This document shows, in pieces, positions 63,899 to 64,000 of a DNA stretch of 64,000 bases (position 1 is the stretch's first letter; every line of letters starts with the position of its first letter). This DNA comes from Chthonomonadales bacterium. GTDB lineage: Bacteria; Armatimonadota; Chthonomonadetes; Chthonomonadales; Chthonomonadaceae. Position numbers and translations under genes: made by a program. The stretch is taken from contig JBBQVV010000001.1 in the NCBI GenBank assembly GCA_038211235.1, forward strand, positions 12,893 to 76,892, in the 5' to 3' direction. The notes beneath the pieces are model-generated. The model had not been told where the DNA came from, ran no database searches, and saw nothing but the letters and a program-made list of their open reading frames with translations.

Positions 63899-64000
63899 GC
63901 CGCGAGTATCGATTTCAGGGGCGACGAAGGCAACACTATCGCAGTGATCGACCCGCAGCTCAGCGAAAAAGCGGGGGAAGCATCGGGTCAGACTCCGTCG
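63899..64000 (+). pseudogene. Possible downstream continuation of the interrupted AlbA_2-type gene (open to window end)
   Basis: The frame reading (A)ASIDFRGDEGNTIAVIDPQLSEKAGEASGQTPS has no stop to nt 64000. It is in phase with ...PLGRKA at 60336 if 60337-63901 is removed. Confidence 0.3.

Overview
GC-rich bacterial chromosomal segment. The PSCyt/DUF1549/DUF1553 + DUF1501 gene pair and a DUF1559 prepilin-like gene suggest a Planctomycetota/PVC-like, possibly Armatimonadota-like, organism. I recognised no rRNA, tRNA, CRISPR array, transposase or integrase. Function calls come from motifs read by eye and from memory of protein families. Start codons and element borders may be off by a few nt.

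Layout:
- 1-35 kb: tightly packed, mostly plus-strand catabolic operons. These include a beta-helix protein, two C-N hydrolases, two GH140/DUF4038-like glycosidases, four Gfo/Idh/MocA oxidoreductases, a GNAT and a TIM-barrel isomerase. One locus combines a RuBisCO-like protein, a DUF1537 kinase and dehydrogenases, and looks like a D-apiose/D-apionate route. A full-length Rho homologue with ablated ATPase and RNA-binding motifs sits at 12.2-13.5 kb.
- 36-47 kb: a DosR/DevS-like stress island with four USP genes, DoxX, a PAS-GAF kinase, a NarL-type regulator, a PCP-motif P-type ATPase and a CoA-transferase.
- 47.6-52.7 kb: a porin-cytochrome type module made of a monohaem c, an MtrA-like decahaem, an outer-membrane barrel and an octahaem lipoprotein. 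Further secreted and haem proteins follow it.
- 55.8-56.1 kb: a 282-nt in-frame deletion scar of cydAB.
- 59.2-64 kb: a mosaic of restriction-modification wreckage, an interrupted AlbA_2-type gene, permuted GxxExxY halves, two apparently intact toxin-antitoxin-like pairs and a hairpin-containing repeat family.

Three frameshifts fall in short homopolymer runs, so consensus sequencing error is a live alternative to real pseudogenes there.
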